A DNA stretch of 63,269 nucleotides, filler included, from Reticulomyxa filosa (GCA_000512085.1; 19 parts of 19 records of this genome joined end to end with filler, not necessarily neighbours in it); one strand, 5' to 3'. Shown: positions 37,673-51,062, counted from the first letter of the whole stretch. The notes: generated by a model from the letters alone, not told the origin. Numbers and translations: made by a program.

Positions 37673-38260
37673 ATGGATTATATTAGTTTGGAAGATATGG
37701 CAGCACAATTAGCATTAATTTTGAGTGAGTTACATGTACCAACAAGAGCAAGAGATTTAGCAGAGCAATTTAAAAATTTGTTGACAGTACGACAAAACAT
37801 TAAGACACTTGACAAAGTCCATCATGTATTGGCCACTGAAAATGTCGGAAATAAACAAATACGAGAATATTTGATAAGGACATCTCCAAATTATCATCAA
37901 GTGATAGATTATTTTGAAAAAAAGCTGTACAAATTGATAATTTTAAAACTTGTATCATCCATGACCATGGCCATCAGGTATTTTTTTAAATCTAAAATGT
38001 TAACATTTGTTGTATTGCATAAACAATAAATAATAATAATAAAAAAAAGATTGTTCCTTGGGATGATACTGAATCGTTATCTTATCATGCAATGCCAATT
38101 AAATATAAGCATATTGATCATTTTTTATCAAACTTTACAAGTGCTATTGCAATATGATGGAACAAATATCGAATATAATTTTATATTTAGTTTAGCAATA
38201 TCCTACAGTACGTCTATCTGTTGTGAGGTGTTTGTTTACTTATATATTTTTTTCTTTTAA
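37673..38260 (+). CDS. Hypothetical protein, probably spliced
   Basis: 118-aa ORF followed by a GT-initiated AT-rich segment and more coding-like sequence. Confidence 0.3.
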
Positions 38261-39929
38261 TGTGACAAGTAAAATAAGTAAATAACAAATGAATTACCTT
38301 TGGTAAGCAACCAATTAAAACCATTGTAATGCAAATGTACAAATACATAGTTGACGTGAGATGTAAGGCCCTAAAAAAAAATGTGAGCAAAAATGGCCTG
38401 ACTTAAAGAAGTATGAGTCTTTTGACGAAACTGAGAACTAAAATAATACCCAAGTCTGTTTTTTTTATAACCCCCTTTTTTCTATCTCTATCTTCTCTTT
38501 TCTCCCAATTCTCGTGAAGATGTTTGACTACTTTTTGCATGCCACGCACAGATTGGAATTTTGGAATCAAATCGAAGAAATTGAACCATTTCCATGTTGG
38601 ATTGTACTCTTTTCTTTTTGATGTTTTTTTTCTTCTGTGGCTTTCTCTCTAAGGGCAATCCAACTTTTGTGTACGCATGTATATGTATAAGTATATGATG
38701 TGATATGTGTGGGGTATAGACGTACATGAAGTGCCGAGACTTGGGTGCAGTAATGGGTAAGAACAGCACTCGTGAAAATAATACTTATTCCTCGAATCAA
38801 GTAGATCCACGTTATTTTGTCATTGACGAATGGGATATAGAAACCGCTCTTATTGAATTAGATTAAACTATAACGATGAGAGAAAAAAAAGCTCGAATGC
38901 AATATAGAACCAGCTCCAAATTATTTGTTTGTTTTTGTTTATTTAGATATTAAATATAGTTAGATTATCGATAGGGGAGGCACTATGTGGAACGTATTTT
39001 TTTCAATGTAGTGCATTATCGTTATTTAGCATCGATGCTATTATCACTGGCGATCAGTTACACTTGGCTTCACACTGACCTTGACAGAACTAGTGCATTT
39101 TTATTAATTTGCTCCTGTCTCGTCATTGATATGCAGAAATGCAAGTGAATGAATGAAGGAAGGAAGATTGCTGATGTTTCGAGCCACTCAAAAAAGTCTC
39201 GTTGATTGAAACATTTGAACAAAAAAAAATTCATCATGTGTGCAAGCGTGAATTTTTTTTGTTGTTGTTGGAAATAACTCCACTATTAGATAGTAGTATT
39301 TAGTGTTCACTTCTTCATTCGTTTGTCAAAAAAAAAAAGTTGCTAAAATAATTTTTCAATAGAAAGTACTCACCCTTTGCAAAACAAAGAAAATCAACTT
39401 ACACATCATAATTGGCCTTATTTGATTTATTTTTGTTTGAAGCTATTACGATACTTCATTCACATGAANNNNNNNNNNNNNNNNNNNNNNNNNNNNNNNN
39501 NNNNNNNNNNNNTTAATTAATTAANNNNNNNNNNNNNNNNNNNNNNNNNNNNNNNNNNNNNNNNNNNNAAAATTATCTCTTTTTGCAAAAGACAAATAAA
39601 ATACATTTAGTGTACAACAAGCTGAACATATTTTTGGCGGCATTTCAAAAACAAAAATCTTTTCGTAATATTCAAAGTTTTTAGCTTTAAAAACGTCGTG
39701 TTAGTATTGACAAGATGTGCATCTTTAAAGTTTGAGAACATCAGTTTATTTACCAATCGAAAAATGATATGCTTGTCTTGCTCTTATTCTCATTTTATTT
39801 TTCAAAGCTTGAGGAAAAAGAAAAAATTAAAAGTCCTAAGAAATTAATTGCAAGCCTTGGGAATGTAAAAGAGCACTTCCCTCAAAAAACCCAATAGAGG
39901 ATAAAAATGAAAGTTCGGTTTGGCTTCTT

Positions 39930-41993
39930 TCACTTGTTCATTGCTTGTTTAAGTGCTGCAACTACATGTGGTTTACTTGCCAGTCTATTCATAAAAGCAG
40001 CCCATATAAGCTCAAAAGAACAAGATGAGGAAAAACAGAAAGAAATAAAGCCTCACTTTCGAACAGCAGCAAAATCTCCTGATTTCATTTGTTGTACAAG
40101 CTGACCGACTTCAGGGTCATTGCGAATAGCAGGATCACTCAATGCCTCTTGCATCGCTTGTTTAGCTTTCTCGGGATTTTGCATAAACAATTTCATCATC
40201 TGATGGAGCATATCATAAAACAAATTTTATAATTTTTTTTGGCTTTGAATTTAAAGGAGAAAAGAAAAACATTAAATAAAAAATGTGTACACATACATAT
40301 ATATGCAAAAAATGAATAAAAATATTATCAATACAAATACAAAACATCTTGCATCGCTGACGCGTCATCACTGTTGCCATCACTGTTGCCAGCACTATTA
40401 GTATTAGGAGCATCACCAACTATATTCTGGAAATTGGGATCACCCACAATATTCTGGATTTGTGACATGGAATCTGGATTGTTCATAAATTCACTCATTT
40501 GTTGCATCATTTCTGGGTTGCTCATCATTTGTTGTGCCATTTGTTGCATCATTGGATTATTTAATAATCCTGCCAACCCACCTAAGCCTCCACCTGCTCC
40601 ACCACCCATCTGAGACAAACCGTCCATCCAGTTTCCAAGGCCTCCATCACCACCGGCGCCACTACTACCTCCTGGGTTAGCATTTCGGCTAGGTTTTGAG
40701 CTTTTATTTTTTTCGAGCTCAATTTTTTGTTTGATATATTCGACGCGCTCCATATAAGTATCCCAAGAGGGATCACTCGTTTTTGTACGCTTCGCTGCCT
40801 CTTGATACGCATCCCTGGCTGCCTCCAAATTCCCACGTTCCAATTCAGCCACTCCAAGGCGAATATAGGCTTTGACATAATTGTTGTCGAGCTTCAGTGC
40901 CTTGTGTCTACAAAAACAGAGTATTTAAAAAAATTTCAACAAATGTGAGTAAAAAATTAGATAGTAAAAAGATTATGAAATCTACAATCAAAGTTCAAAA
41001 AAGTTGTTTTTTAATTTAAAAAAGTTCTTTTTTTCTCCCCCTTTTTTTGTTTATTTTGTTTAAGTTAACGTAACGCGTCATTGACAGCATCTTCAAACTT
41101 TTTGACATGCGTATAAGCGGCGGCGCGATTGCAAAAGTACACGGCATTGGTAGGGTCACACTCAATTGCAGAAGTATATTTGGCAATAGCTTCTTTGTGT
41201 TGGTTACTGGCAAACAATTGGTTGCCTTCGGTTTTGTACACTTCCGCTTTTTTCTTTGCTTCGGCGCTGACTTCCTTTTCTTCCACAGTCGTGTTTTCTT
41301 GTTTCTTTGTTTGCGGCTTCGAATCATTGGTCTCTTTTTTTTTATTGACTGTCGAATCATCGCTCGTCGTTGTCGCTGTCGCTGTCGCAGTCGTGGCTGT
41401 TGCTGCAGTAGACACTGGTGCAGCACCGCCAGCTTTTCCTATTTGTTCGATCTCTTCTTTCGTTATCCCCAATGACTCCAATGGCCCTACTTCAAACAAT
41501 GGGCAACGTTGATTGTATTTTATTCGTGCTTGCTCCAATATCAATTTATACTGTCCCGGGTCGTTCTCGACTTGCTTAAAATAACCCTTCTCATGCAACG
41601 CACTTAAAAATTGCAAGAAACGATCTCGATGTTTGCTTTGCGGCTTTTTTTTTTTGCACACAAAATTTCTGTCAAGTTCAACATTTTAAGAAAAATTGGA
41701 AGATCCTTTTTTTTCCCTCTCTCCATCCCTCCCCCCCCTCTCCTTCTCTGATTCGTCTTATTTGAAAACTAAACTTTTTCGTTTCGGTCGCGATATTGCT
41801 CGTATAATTGCTCTAGTGTGAAAGGCAATATGTCATTGTTTTCACCTCCAAATGATCGCAAACAGTCAATCGCTACTCCCAACGCGTCTTTGTTGTCGTT
41901 GTCCACTGACTTATGCGCTTTCAAATCTTCCAAATACCTTATGACTGCTAATAGCAAACTTTTATCATTACCATCAGGCCAAAGCTGTGACAT
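39930..41993 (-). CDS. SGTA: Small glutamine-rich TPR co-chaperone (SGT/Sgt2), multi-exon
   Basis: N-terminal dimerisation motif LLLAVIRYL...ALGVAIDCL; TPRs AEVYKTEGN...AIAKYTSAIECDPTNAVYFCNRAAAY and YVKAYIRLG; C-terminal GGLAGLLNNPMMQQMAQQMMSNP STI1-like region. Confidence 0.88.
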
Positions 41994-43501
41994 CTTGGAA
42001 AAAGGAAATGCAACACTAATTTGTCAATCAATTATAGAACAAAAAATGATCTCAGTCTTTTTTTGAGGACGTTTCCACCAATAGTCAGTTTTGTAACAAG
42101 NNNNNNNNNNNNNNNNNNNNNNNNNNNNNNNNNNNNNNNNNNNNTTAATTAATTAANNNNNNNNNNNNNNNNNNNNNNNNNNNNNNNNNNNNNNNNNNNN
42201 TCTGTATTGAAACACACACACAAGTATGATAATACAAAATAAAAGAAGTCTTTTTTTTTGTAATGAACTTAAAAATGCTTCTCCATCCTGGTCCAATCAT
42301 CGTCGCCGTCGCTACTCCGACGCCATCAACTTTTCCGTCATGAGCCCGTTGTCCATTGGGCCAACTTTTCTTTGAATAGTGCGCTTATGCGCATATCTCC
42401 ATGTTGCTTGGGAGAATATCCCATTTTTTTCTTTTTCAATTTCCCTCCCATTTTTTATATTTTCTTCTAATTTTTTTTCTTTTTTCAAATTGACATTTTT
42501 TTAATTTTTTTTTTTCTTTTTCATTTTCAACATTTTTTTTCTTTTTTCTTATTTCTTTTCTCATTTTTCTTTTTTATAATTTTTTTCTTCTTTCTTAAAT
42601 AAAATTTCCCCCCCTTTTTTTTCTTCTTTTTCCCCCTCATTTTCCACCCTATATTTTCTTTTCCCCCCATTTTCTTTTCCCCCAATTTTCCCTCTTCTCT
42701 CTTAAACAAAAAAAATAAAAAAAATAAAAAAAAAATAAAAACTTCCAATAATGCTTTGACTCTTGCGATCCTATCACAGTCACAAATTAAACATTTTTCA
42801 TTTTTTCAAGAAAAAAAAAAACATACTTTGCCTCGGAGCTAAAAGCTCCAATTCCAAATCTATTTTTTTTTTTCTTGTCATGGGGAAGGAGGGAACAAAT
42901 AATTTTTTTTGATGGGGGCATGCCTGTTGACAAACAAACAACAATTTGATTAAAAAAAAAACATAAAAAAAAAATACAAACCCTTTTATTGTATTTTCAA
43001 TGCGGGGTGGCTTCAACCCCAAAAATTTTATTTGTAGGGAGTTGGGACTTGGACTACAGATTTTTTATTTTTGGACAAACGGGTCGAGGCTATAATTGAA
43101 AAACAAACAAAATTGATTATGTTAAAAAATAAATAAATAAATAACAAACCTTTGTTACTCCTTGCGGAGACGGGGGGCCTTACCCCATATTCAACATATA
43201 TTTTTTATTTTGCTCAAGGATGCATTGCATCCAAATGAAAAAATCATTATTTTTTTTTATTCAGAGTGCGAGAACTGTTAACAAAAAACAACAACACCAC
43301 TCTTTTATGTTGCAAAATTTTTAAAAAAACAGAAAAAAGACGTACCAGTGCTGAGAGAGGGCAATATCACCCTAATTACGAAATGGTGCGAAGAGACAAC
43401 CNNNNNNNNNNNNNNNNNNNNNNNNNNNNNNNNNNNNNNNNNNNNTTAATTAATTAANNNNNNNNNNNNNNNNNNNNNNNNNNNNNNNNNNNNNNNNNNN
43501 N

Positions 43502-44179
43502 ATATTTTATTAATAATCCTGTGTTTCGACAAAATAATATAAAATTATTCATCAATTTTTCATTATTCATTGTCAATGGCACAAAACAATGATATTCAAT
43601 TCCAAGTCTATGTTTTTCTCTTGGAATAATGTTATTTTTGATTTCAGTCAATGGTTTCATTGTTTTCAAATCAATTACTTCAATGTTTTCTGGACAATAT
43701 GTAATGAACAATAAATCATTATCTTTTCCACCAATTAATCCACGCACTCCAATTAAATCGTCTTCTAATTTTCCAATGATGGTGTCTTGATCATGTCTTA
43801 TCCAAGTATTAAATGATTGGTGTTCAGATTTGGAGTCACATTGATCATCACTAATTTCCCATACACTTTTATATTTCATTGAAAATGTTTGTTTCATTTT
43901 ATTTTTACCTTGTCCTCCAAATGATAATAAATGAATTTCATTGGAATTGGTTTGTGAATCAATCAATTGTACAACACAATGTCCAAGTAATTGAACATCA
44001 TTAGGATAAGAGCAGATGTATTTGTATTGTTTTTTCAGAGTATGATAGGAATAACAGTCGTTAGTTGTATAGCCTCCACAAATAAGGAGTTCAGCCTGGA
44101 ACAGAAGGCATTGTGAAGTCGCTAGTGGCTTGGGTAATTCAGGCAAAGTTTGAAAGCCGTTGTTGAGTTGAACAGACAT
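43502..44179 (-). CDS. Kelch-like family protein; 3' truncated
   Basis: FQTLPELPKPLATSQCLLFQAELLICGG...CYSYHTLKKQYKYICSYP...HLLSFGG. Confidence 0.75.
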
Positions 44180-44633
44180 ATCAGATGTGTTTTTTTTTGG
44201 AAGTGTTCTGACAACTCCTTTTTTTGGAACGAGTATTTGGATACGAAAAATTGACAATCCACTTGGAAATGATTGAATATTTTCATTTTCAACAAATAAT
44301 CATAATTTTGAAATTGTTTTAAAATTCATTTGTTCAAATTTCTACTTGATTAAATGAAATAAAGAAGATTTGTATTTGAAAAAGTTTTTGATATATAAAC
44401 TTTACAATGAGGGTATCAACAAATGGATATTGATTTGAATTGAGAAAAAAGACAAATTAACGAATAAATTTTTGTTTGTTTACGAAAAAAATAGTTGTTT
44501 TTATGGGTGCGCTTTAAAAGTCAAAAAAACTCANNNNNNNNNNNNNNNNNNNNNNNNNNNNNNNNNNNNNNNNNNNNTTAATTAATTAANNNNNNNNNNN
44601 NNNNNNNNNNNNNNNNNNNNNNNNNNNNNNNNN

Positions 44634-45082
44634 TTCGATCTAGTGAACAGATTCAAGTGTTCAATGGACATACAAATACTGTATGGTGTGTTGAATATTC
44701 ACCATTTATAATAAAGGATAGTATTTGTAATTCAAATGTGATATGCTCTGGATCATCTGATAATACAATTTGTTTTTGGGATATTCGATCAAATAAGAAT
44801 GAATTGTATATGATCAAAGGAGATGAAAAAGAAGATATTGGAATAATTTGTCTGAAATGTATTGTATTGAAAAAGAAAGATAGTGCAAAGGATATCACAT
44901 ATGATTTGAATTTGTGTTATGGTTCGACCAGAGGTCTCATTCGTATTTGGTCTAAATTTAAACATTACCAAAAAAAAGCTAGGACACACAAACATTCAAA
45001 GTTTATATTTTTAATCTCCTCTCTTGGTTTGATCGTTGTCATTGTTGTGTGCAAGCACACTGATTTTTTCCAAATCCTTTAA
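44634..45082 (+). CDS. WD40 family C-terminal fragment whose WG* end is replaced by unrelated sequence
   Basis: FNGHTNTVWCVEYSPF...LCYGSTRGLIRIW followed by SKFKHY instead of G*. Confidence 0.75.
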
Positions 45083-45279
45083 TTATAATGTATATAATGC
45101 ATACAAGGTGATGTCGCTTTCCTGAAATAAGCACTTTATCATTATTATCACACATACACATGTGCATCCTCCATTTTGTTAACAGAATTATGATCGCATG
45201 TTTTTGTTTTTTTTTTACACATTCAGTTTTTTAGTTGAATTTTTATTTTGTTCATTCGTTTTTGTTTTTTTAAAATAAA

Positions 45280-45510
45280 TTTGTGGGCAACGAATACAGT
45301 TGGCGCTTCACCACTACATCTTGCTTCAAAAATGAAACAACTTCCATGTGTAAAAATGATATTAAATTAATCAATGCAATATCAATGAATATTACATTAT
45401 GTGTGTTCTTTTACGTGATATAAATAATAGTATTGCTTAACATTAAATAATTACGATGAGATTGTTAAATTGATGATAAAAGCTGAAATTGATATTATAA
45501 TTAGAAAAGA
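45280..45510 (+). pseudogene. Ankyrin-repeat relic
   Basis: LWATNTVGASPLHLASKMKQLPCVKMILN* and NNYDEIVKLMIKAEIDI. Confidence 0.45.
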
Positions 45511-46144
45511 TAGCATTGGACATTTAAAAATCTTAAATTGTGCCAAATAAACAAATAATAATGAAACAACTGATGAAAAAGAAACTGCCTACAAAGAAAG
45601 CCAGGTAATAGCTTAACAAAAAAAGGCAATACTTTTTAGAAATGCAAATATACTTGGAGTCAAAATCATTTAATAGGTTCTACAAATAATTTCTTTTTTA
45701 ATCGTTGGAGCAAAGTTTTTATAAGGATTAATCTAACTCATTTCAAAGGGCATTCACTGATCAAAACAACTGTTCTTACTTTGCTGTCTGCCTTTCAAAT
45801 TTAAAACGCATTTTCCCTTTTTTATATCTATTGTTGTATTCCTTCAAAAAATTCAATGATAACAACAACATTTTAACTTCTTAAATGATATTCCGATAAT
45901 CGTATTCAACGCTATAAAAAAAAATACTTAAAATATTTTGCAACTTGTTTCATATTTGGATACAATTTCTTTGTTTCTTCAAAAAAATTGAACGCAGCTT
46001 TTTTAATTTTTTTAAGCAAAAAAGTAAGATAAGACACATCTTTCAATGCTTGCATTCAATCAAATTTAATATCACAGTATTTTTCTTTCAATCAAATTTT
46101 TCAAACAAAAAAAACTTTCGTTTCATATTCGACAAAACAGTACA

Positions 46145-46728
46145 TTATCCCCAAATACGAATGGGACCTTTCAATGAACCATAACACAAATTCAAATCAT
46201 ATGTAACATTTTTTGTCTTTACTTTCTTTTTCAATCCAATAAATTTAAGACAATATATTCCACCATCTTCTTTATGATCTCCTTTGATCATATACAATTC
46301 ATTCTTATTTGATCGAATATCCCAAAAACGAATTGTATTATCATTTGATCCAGAACATATCACATTTGAATTACCAATATTATTCTTTATTAAAAATGGT
46401 GAATATTCAACAGACCATGTTTCATTTGTATGTCCACTGAACACTTGAGTCTGTTGACCAGATCGAATATCCCACAAACGAACACTTCGATCTCTTGATC
46501 CAGATAATATTGTATTCATTAATTCATTTGATCCATATTTTACGATCCTCACATAATCTGTATGTCCATTGAATACATTTAATTGTTTGGTTTTTTCAAT
46601 ATCCCATATTCGAAAGGTTTTATCAAATGATCCAGAACACAGTGTATATCCATTTCCACCAATCACACCAATATTACTTTTATTACTGTTGTTATTACTT
46701 TGTAATGGTGAAATATCAACACACCAAA
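46145..46728 (-). CDS. WD40 family protein, C-terminal half; 5' truncated
   Basis: IGGNGYTLCSGSFDKTFRIWD...LCYGSLKGPIRIWG*. Confidence 0.88.
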
Positions 46729-46841
46729 NNNNNNNNNNNNNNNNNNNNNNNNNNNNNNNNNNNNNNNNNNNNTTAATTAATTAANNNNNNNNNNNNNNNN
46801 NNNNNNNNNNNNNNNNNNNNNNNNNNNNCGACACGGACACT

Positions 46842-47546
46842 GTGGTGGAGTTTGTGTCTCATGCCCAAGAGATGAAAGAGGAAGCGAAAGAGGAAGCCAA
46901 GACGGAGGTTGTTGACAATCCCGAATCGCTTTTATTGGGGACTGTGGCGAGTGAAATTATTATTATAAGCGACGATGAAGAGAAAGAGGTGAAAATAAAG
47001 GAAGAGGAAAGTGGCGATGCTGATGATGAAGAAGAAGAAGAAGAAACGGAATCAGAATCGGAGGAGACGATGCTAGATAAAGTTCTTCATGGAAGGAGGG
47101 ATCCCGAGGAGACTGGTCGGCAATTGATGGAAGCACGCGCCAGATTTGTAAACGCCTTTATGAACAGGCGAAGGGACATGAACGAGATGAGGCTGTCCAA
47201 GAAAGGGAACCATCGCTCGACCTGGACACCGGTGAAAATGTGGTGGAAGAGAAAGTTCCTGATTCCGGGTTTTCGATTTCTGTTATGGACACCGCCCACG
47301 TGGACTCGGAGAAGAAATACACGTTCGAAATCGTGCACTCCTTTAGTGTGGAGAGTGGATGGTGCTCGCATTGTAAGGTCCCGAAGGTTAAGTTTTTTGC
47401 GCCACAAGGGGCCTTCTTTCTTTATTCGTCGTCCTGTATTCATGACATGGCCTTCTCAAACTCGTCTCCCCGCAAAAGAAACAGAAGGGAAGCGGAGGAA
47501 ACAGACGAAAAATAAAAGTATCAAAGTTTGCGTTTTTTTTGTGTGA
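46842..47546 (+). CDS. Acidic hypothetical protein with a SIM-like motif; probable frameshift near 47235 into the Cys/His-containing frame ending at 47515
   Basis: EIIIISDDEE and an acidic tract; alternative frame GWCSHCKVP...SSCIHD. Confidence 0.45.
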   Translation: MVEFVSHAQEMKEEAKEEAKTEVVDNPESLLLGTVASEIIIISDDEEKEVKIKEEESGDADDEEEEEETESESEETMLDKVLHGRRDPEETGRQLMEARARFVNAFMNRRRDMNEMRLSKKGNHRSTWTPVKMWWKRKFLIPGFRFLLWTPPTWTRRRNTRSKSCTPLVWRVDGARIVRSRRLSFLRHKGPSFFIRRPVFMTWPSQTRLPAKETEGKRRKQTKNKSIKVCVFFV

Positions 47547-47603
47547 CTTTGGTTGTAAAACAAAAACCTTAAGTATTTCCTTTTTTGAACTTGTCGATAT
47601 TTT

Positions 47604-47828
47604 CTAAAAGAGATTTGTTATTTCCTCAGTATCTTCATCTTCATCAGCATCTTCGGGTATATTCTTTTTGGATTTTCCTTTGGAATTTTCTTTGGGTATA
47701 CGTTTTCTTTCAACTAGTTCTCTTTTGTCCTGCTTGTCACTTACAAGACTATCTAAATGTAGTTCTTCAACTCGTGGGGAAGGTATTCGTATTTGCTCCC
47801 ATGAGGGTTTCTTAGCTTTTCCTTTGCT
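47604..47828 (-). CDS. 3' end of a convergent K/E-rich ORF; not in the ORF track
   Basis: Hand translation is open from the contig edge: SKGKAKKPSWEQIRIPSPRVEELHLD...EDADEDEDTEEITNLF*. Confidence 0.45.
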   Translation of the reverse strand, partial: SKGKAKKPSWEQIRIPSPRVEELHLDSLVSDKQDKRELVERKRIPKENSKGKSKKNIPEDADEDEDTEEITNLF

Positions 47829-49835
47829 NNNNNNNNNNNNNNNNNNNNNNNNNNNNNNNNNNNNNNNNNNNNTTAATTAATTAANNNNNNNNNNNNNNNN
47901 NNNNNNNNNNNNNNNNNNNNNNNNNNNNCTTTATAATTTTTTCAAAAATTTTATTCTTTCATTTGATTTGGTTGAATGAGCTGATTTCATTTTGCTGCAT
48001 CCTTCTTTGAAGTAGCTATATGTCAATACATTAATGTATGATTAACAAATTGATTTCACTAAATGCAAAGCCATTGCTGGATTGCATTTGATAAGTATAT
48101 ATTTGCTTTTGTTAAATTAATATAAATAAAGATGACAAAAAATATAAAAAAAAAGATTTATCAACAGACACTTTGAAATCAAATTGGATGTTTTTGCTTC
48201 TATGAACAAAGCTTTCGCTTCCAGGCATATAATCTAACTTCTGGAATTAGCATGATTTCTTGTTAGTAATAATGTCTCGCAGTTCAATGTTCAATTGTAT
48301 TTGCACCAAAACCAAGACTAGTTAAAGCTGTTTGATATGTCCAAGTATTCTTCTATTGTCTGCATCTTTGAGCACAGGATGTCGAGCCATGAAGTGAAGG
48401 AATCGCCAATCGATCAATCCTTCAACAGATATGCTGCACTCGAACAACACAAAAACTATGAACATACTTTTCTCAAAGAGTTCTTTCTTTTTTTAGTTTT
48501 TATCTCCCGTTCGGATTGTGCAAACTACTGAACCTTTCATAATTGTACTTTCATTTGGAGAAATATTAATACAACGCTTTTGGTCAACACGTTTTTCTGA
48601 TGTCGTAAGAATTTGCACAATATCAACATTTGTCTAAAAACAAAAATTTAAATAGTAATTATCTTACATTCAATAAACTTTCTTTAAAACTGTTTCCCAA
48701 AATTATATTAATTATCAACAAAATTATTTTACACTTTTTTTTATCATTAATTTTCCAAAAATCAGAAAATTTTATAACTTAAAAAAAAATTATTAGATTT
48801 AAGTTCAATTTAAGTTTTGTTCATCTAGATATAATGGAAAGAAAAGAACAACAATGAACCGTTTACGTCAAATTGTAGGTCGATGTCAAGAGTTACGTTC
48901 ATGTTCAATCGTATTTATTTCAAATTTGAGTGTTGCTGCGTTGCTTTATTTGATGAATTTTGAACTGTTTGCAATGTGTGGAATCACATTTTATCGTTAT
49001 TTTTTGGAGTAATTATATTTGTAATGACAGCTTCAAGTAAAAATACTCTTATATTATTCAATCACATATTAGTTTTTGTTATTTTTTTATGTAGAAACAA
49101 TCATTACCATAATCATAACATCGAGCATTGTGCTAATTATAACAACTACGGTCATTATGGATATCATCATGGTAGTAATTTCAAAAACATCATTATTAAA
49201 GCACAACAGCCAGTGACAGTCTTAATTAAATTTTTTTTTTTCAATTTTTTTCAATTATAAATAATTTGTTATATATGATCTTGGTGATTGTCCTTTTCAA
49301 TTCGATTGTATTTGGTATCAATCTTATCAAAATGATTCTACTATTGCACAAACATCTGTGATTGACATTTTCAATTTACAATTTATTTTGACACTTCCAT
49401 AACTTCTTTAATTACAAAAAATATACATATTTTTTTATTTGCTTATAAAAAAACTTTGACTGAATTGATACTTTTATACAATGATATTCTCCATCAGATT
49501 TTTGCGCTTTTGAAATGTTCTGCTTTTTATTTGTTTGATATTTGTGTAACAGGATTATGCATCAGTACTCTGAGATTTGATGTTTTTTCATCAATTTACT
49601 TGTTCAATAACCGAATGGCTTCTGGGCAAGCGATAACAATTTCGATTATTTGATGCTGCAGCCCTGTTGCGCAGTAAAAGACACGAAACAGGACAGAAAT
49701 TTAAAAACTATTTTCCAAAGCAGCAGGACTTTACACGATTCATTTTAACTTTCAAAAAAAATTCGCTCACAAAAAAAAGTAAATAAGAATATTGTGCCTC
49801 TTTATATGCCCAATCAAAAAATGTAAGAGGCCCAA

Positions 49836-51062
49836 TTATTGGCCTTTCAGCTTTGCCAACTCATTTTCCAACTCGTCAATTTGCTTTTGTTTCGCTTTAA
49901 GTTGGTTTTTAGTGGCTTCAATATCGTCTTGTCTGGTTTTGTTGTCACTTTCTAGCTCAGAGCGTCGTTGTCGTGCTTGCTCCAATTCCAACTCATTATT
50001 TTTCAATTCTTTTTTTTTATCTATCCATTTCAATAAAGCCATTGGTTGACTCATTGTTTTTTCTTTTCAAAAAGAAAAGAAAAACCTTCAATATTTTTTC
50101 TAGTGGATTCAATATCGGCGCTTGCTTGATCATTTTCTTGGGTCAGTTGTTGATTGGCGGCAGCTAACTCGTTAATTTCTCCAGTTAATCTTTTTTGAGT
50201 ATTCAATAACTCCCCTTTATTTTTAACCAAATTGGAATTGATATTTTTCAGGTCGAGGTTTTCTTTTGTTTTGCTGTCAATAGTGGCTTTATTTGCCAAA
50301 ATAGTAGCAGCATTTTTGTCGGTTACCCCTTCCAATCGCAAAATTCGTTCTTCCAATTCTGATGGCTTAATAAAACGTCCTACCACCTTCACATGGATAC
50401 TTCCCGTTTTTACATCTTGCAGTTGAAGTGCACCTTCAAAACCTTTTTTTTTTCCGTGTCCCCCCCACAAAAAAGAGCATACAAAATTCAGCAATTTTTT
50501 TTCTGCTTTTGTCAATCACAAAACTTTGAAAAGAAAAAAAAAAGCGTTAGTTTTTTTTTGGTGTGTACGTTTTTTACTTTGGTATAGATCGCTCATTTTA
50601 ACAGGGAGCTTATGTTGATTGGTGACATAAAAGCATACCTTTATGCCCAGGGTTAAAAAATTCAGACACATTAAGTGTAGCATTGCCGATTCGATCTCCT
50701 TTGGTAAGCTTGTCCCAGTCCCATACTTCGAATTTTATATCTTTCACAGGTTCCAAAAAGCAAAACTGTGTTTCTTCATTCCATTCTGGATTTAATGTTT
50801 TCTCTATAGTTTTTGTCTTGAAAAATTGCTTGTTTCCAATGATCTGTTATTTGACATTTGTTATTTCATTTTGTTTTGTTTTTGCCTTTTTTGTACGTTA
50901 CTTGTTTTTAGAACAGATAAAAACTTTGCAGTATGGGTCTGATTTTCCGTTCAAATCTGCGGCGGCTAACTTTTCTCCACGGTAAACGTTTATTTGCAAT
51001 AAATACAGTTCCAACTTTGTTTCCTGATTCTTTGGGGTTTCAGCTTCTGAATCGGCAGACAT
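49836..51062 (-). CDS. C2-domain plus coiled-coil protein, multi-exon
   Basis: LLQINVYRGEKLAAADLNGKSDPYCKV and FKTKTIEKTLNPEWNEE...IKFEVWDWDKLTKGDRIG (Ca-binding Asp residues present), then a heptad-rich tail. The C2 exons are missing from the ORF track. Confidence 0.85.

Noticed and set aside
42420-43260. K/E-rich ORFs and unusual homopolymer-rich sequence, also at 55180-55480 and 56540-56909
   Set aside because: The pattern looks like low-quality single-read sequence, so translations are unreliable.
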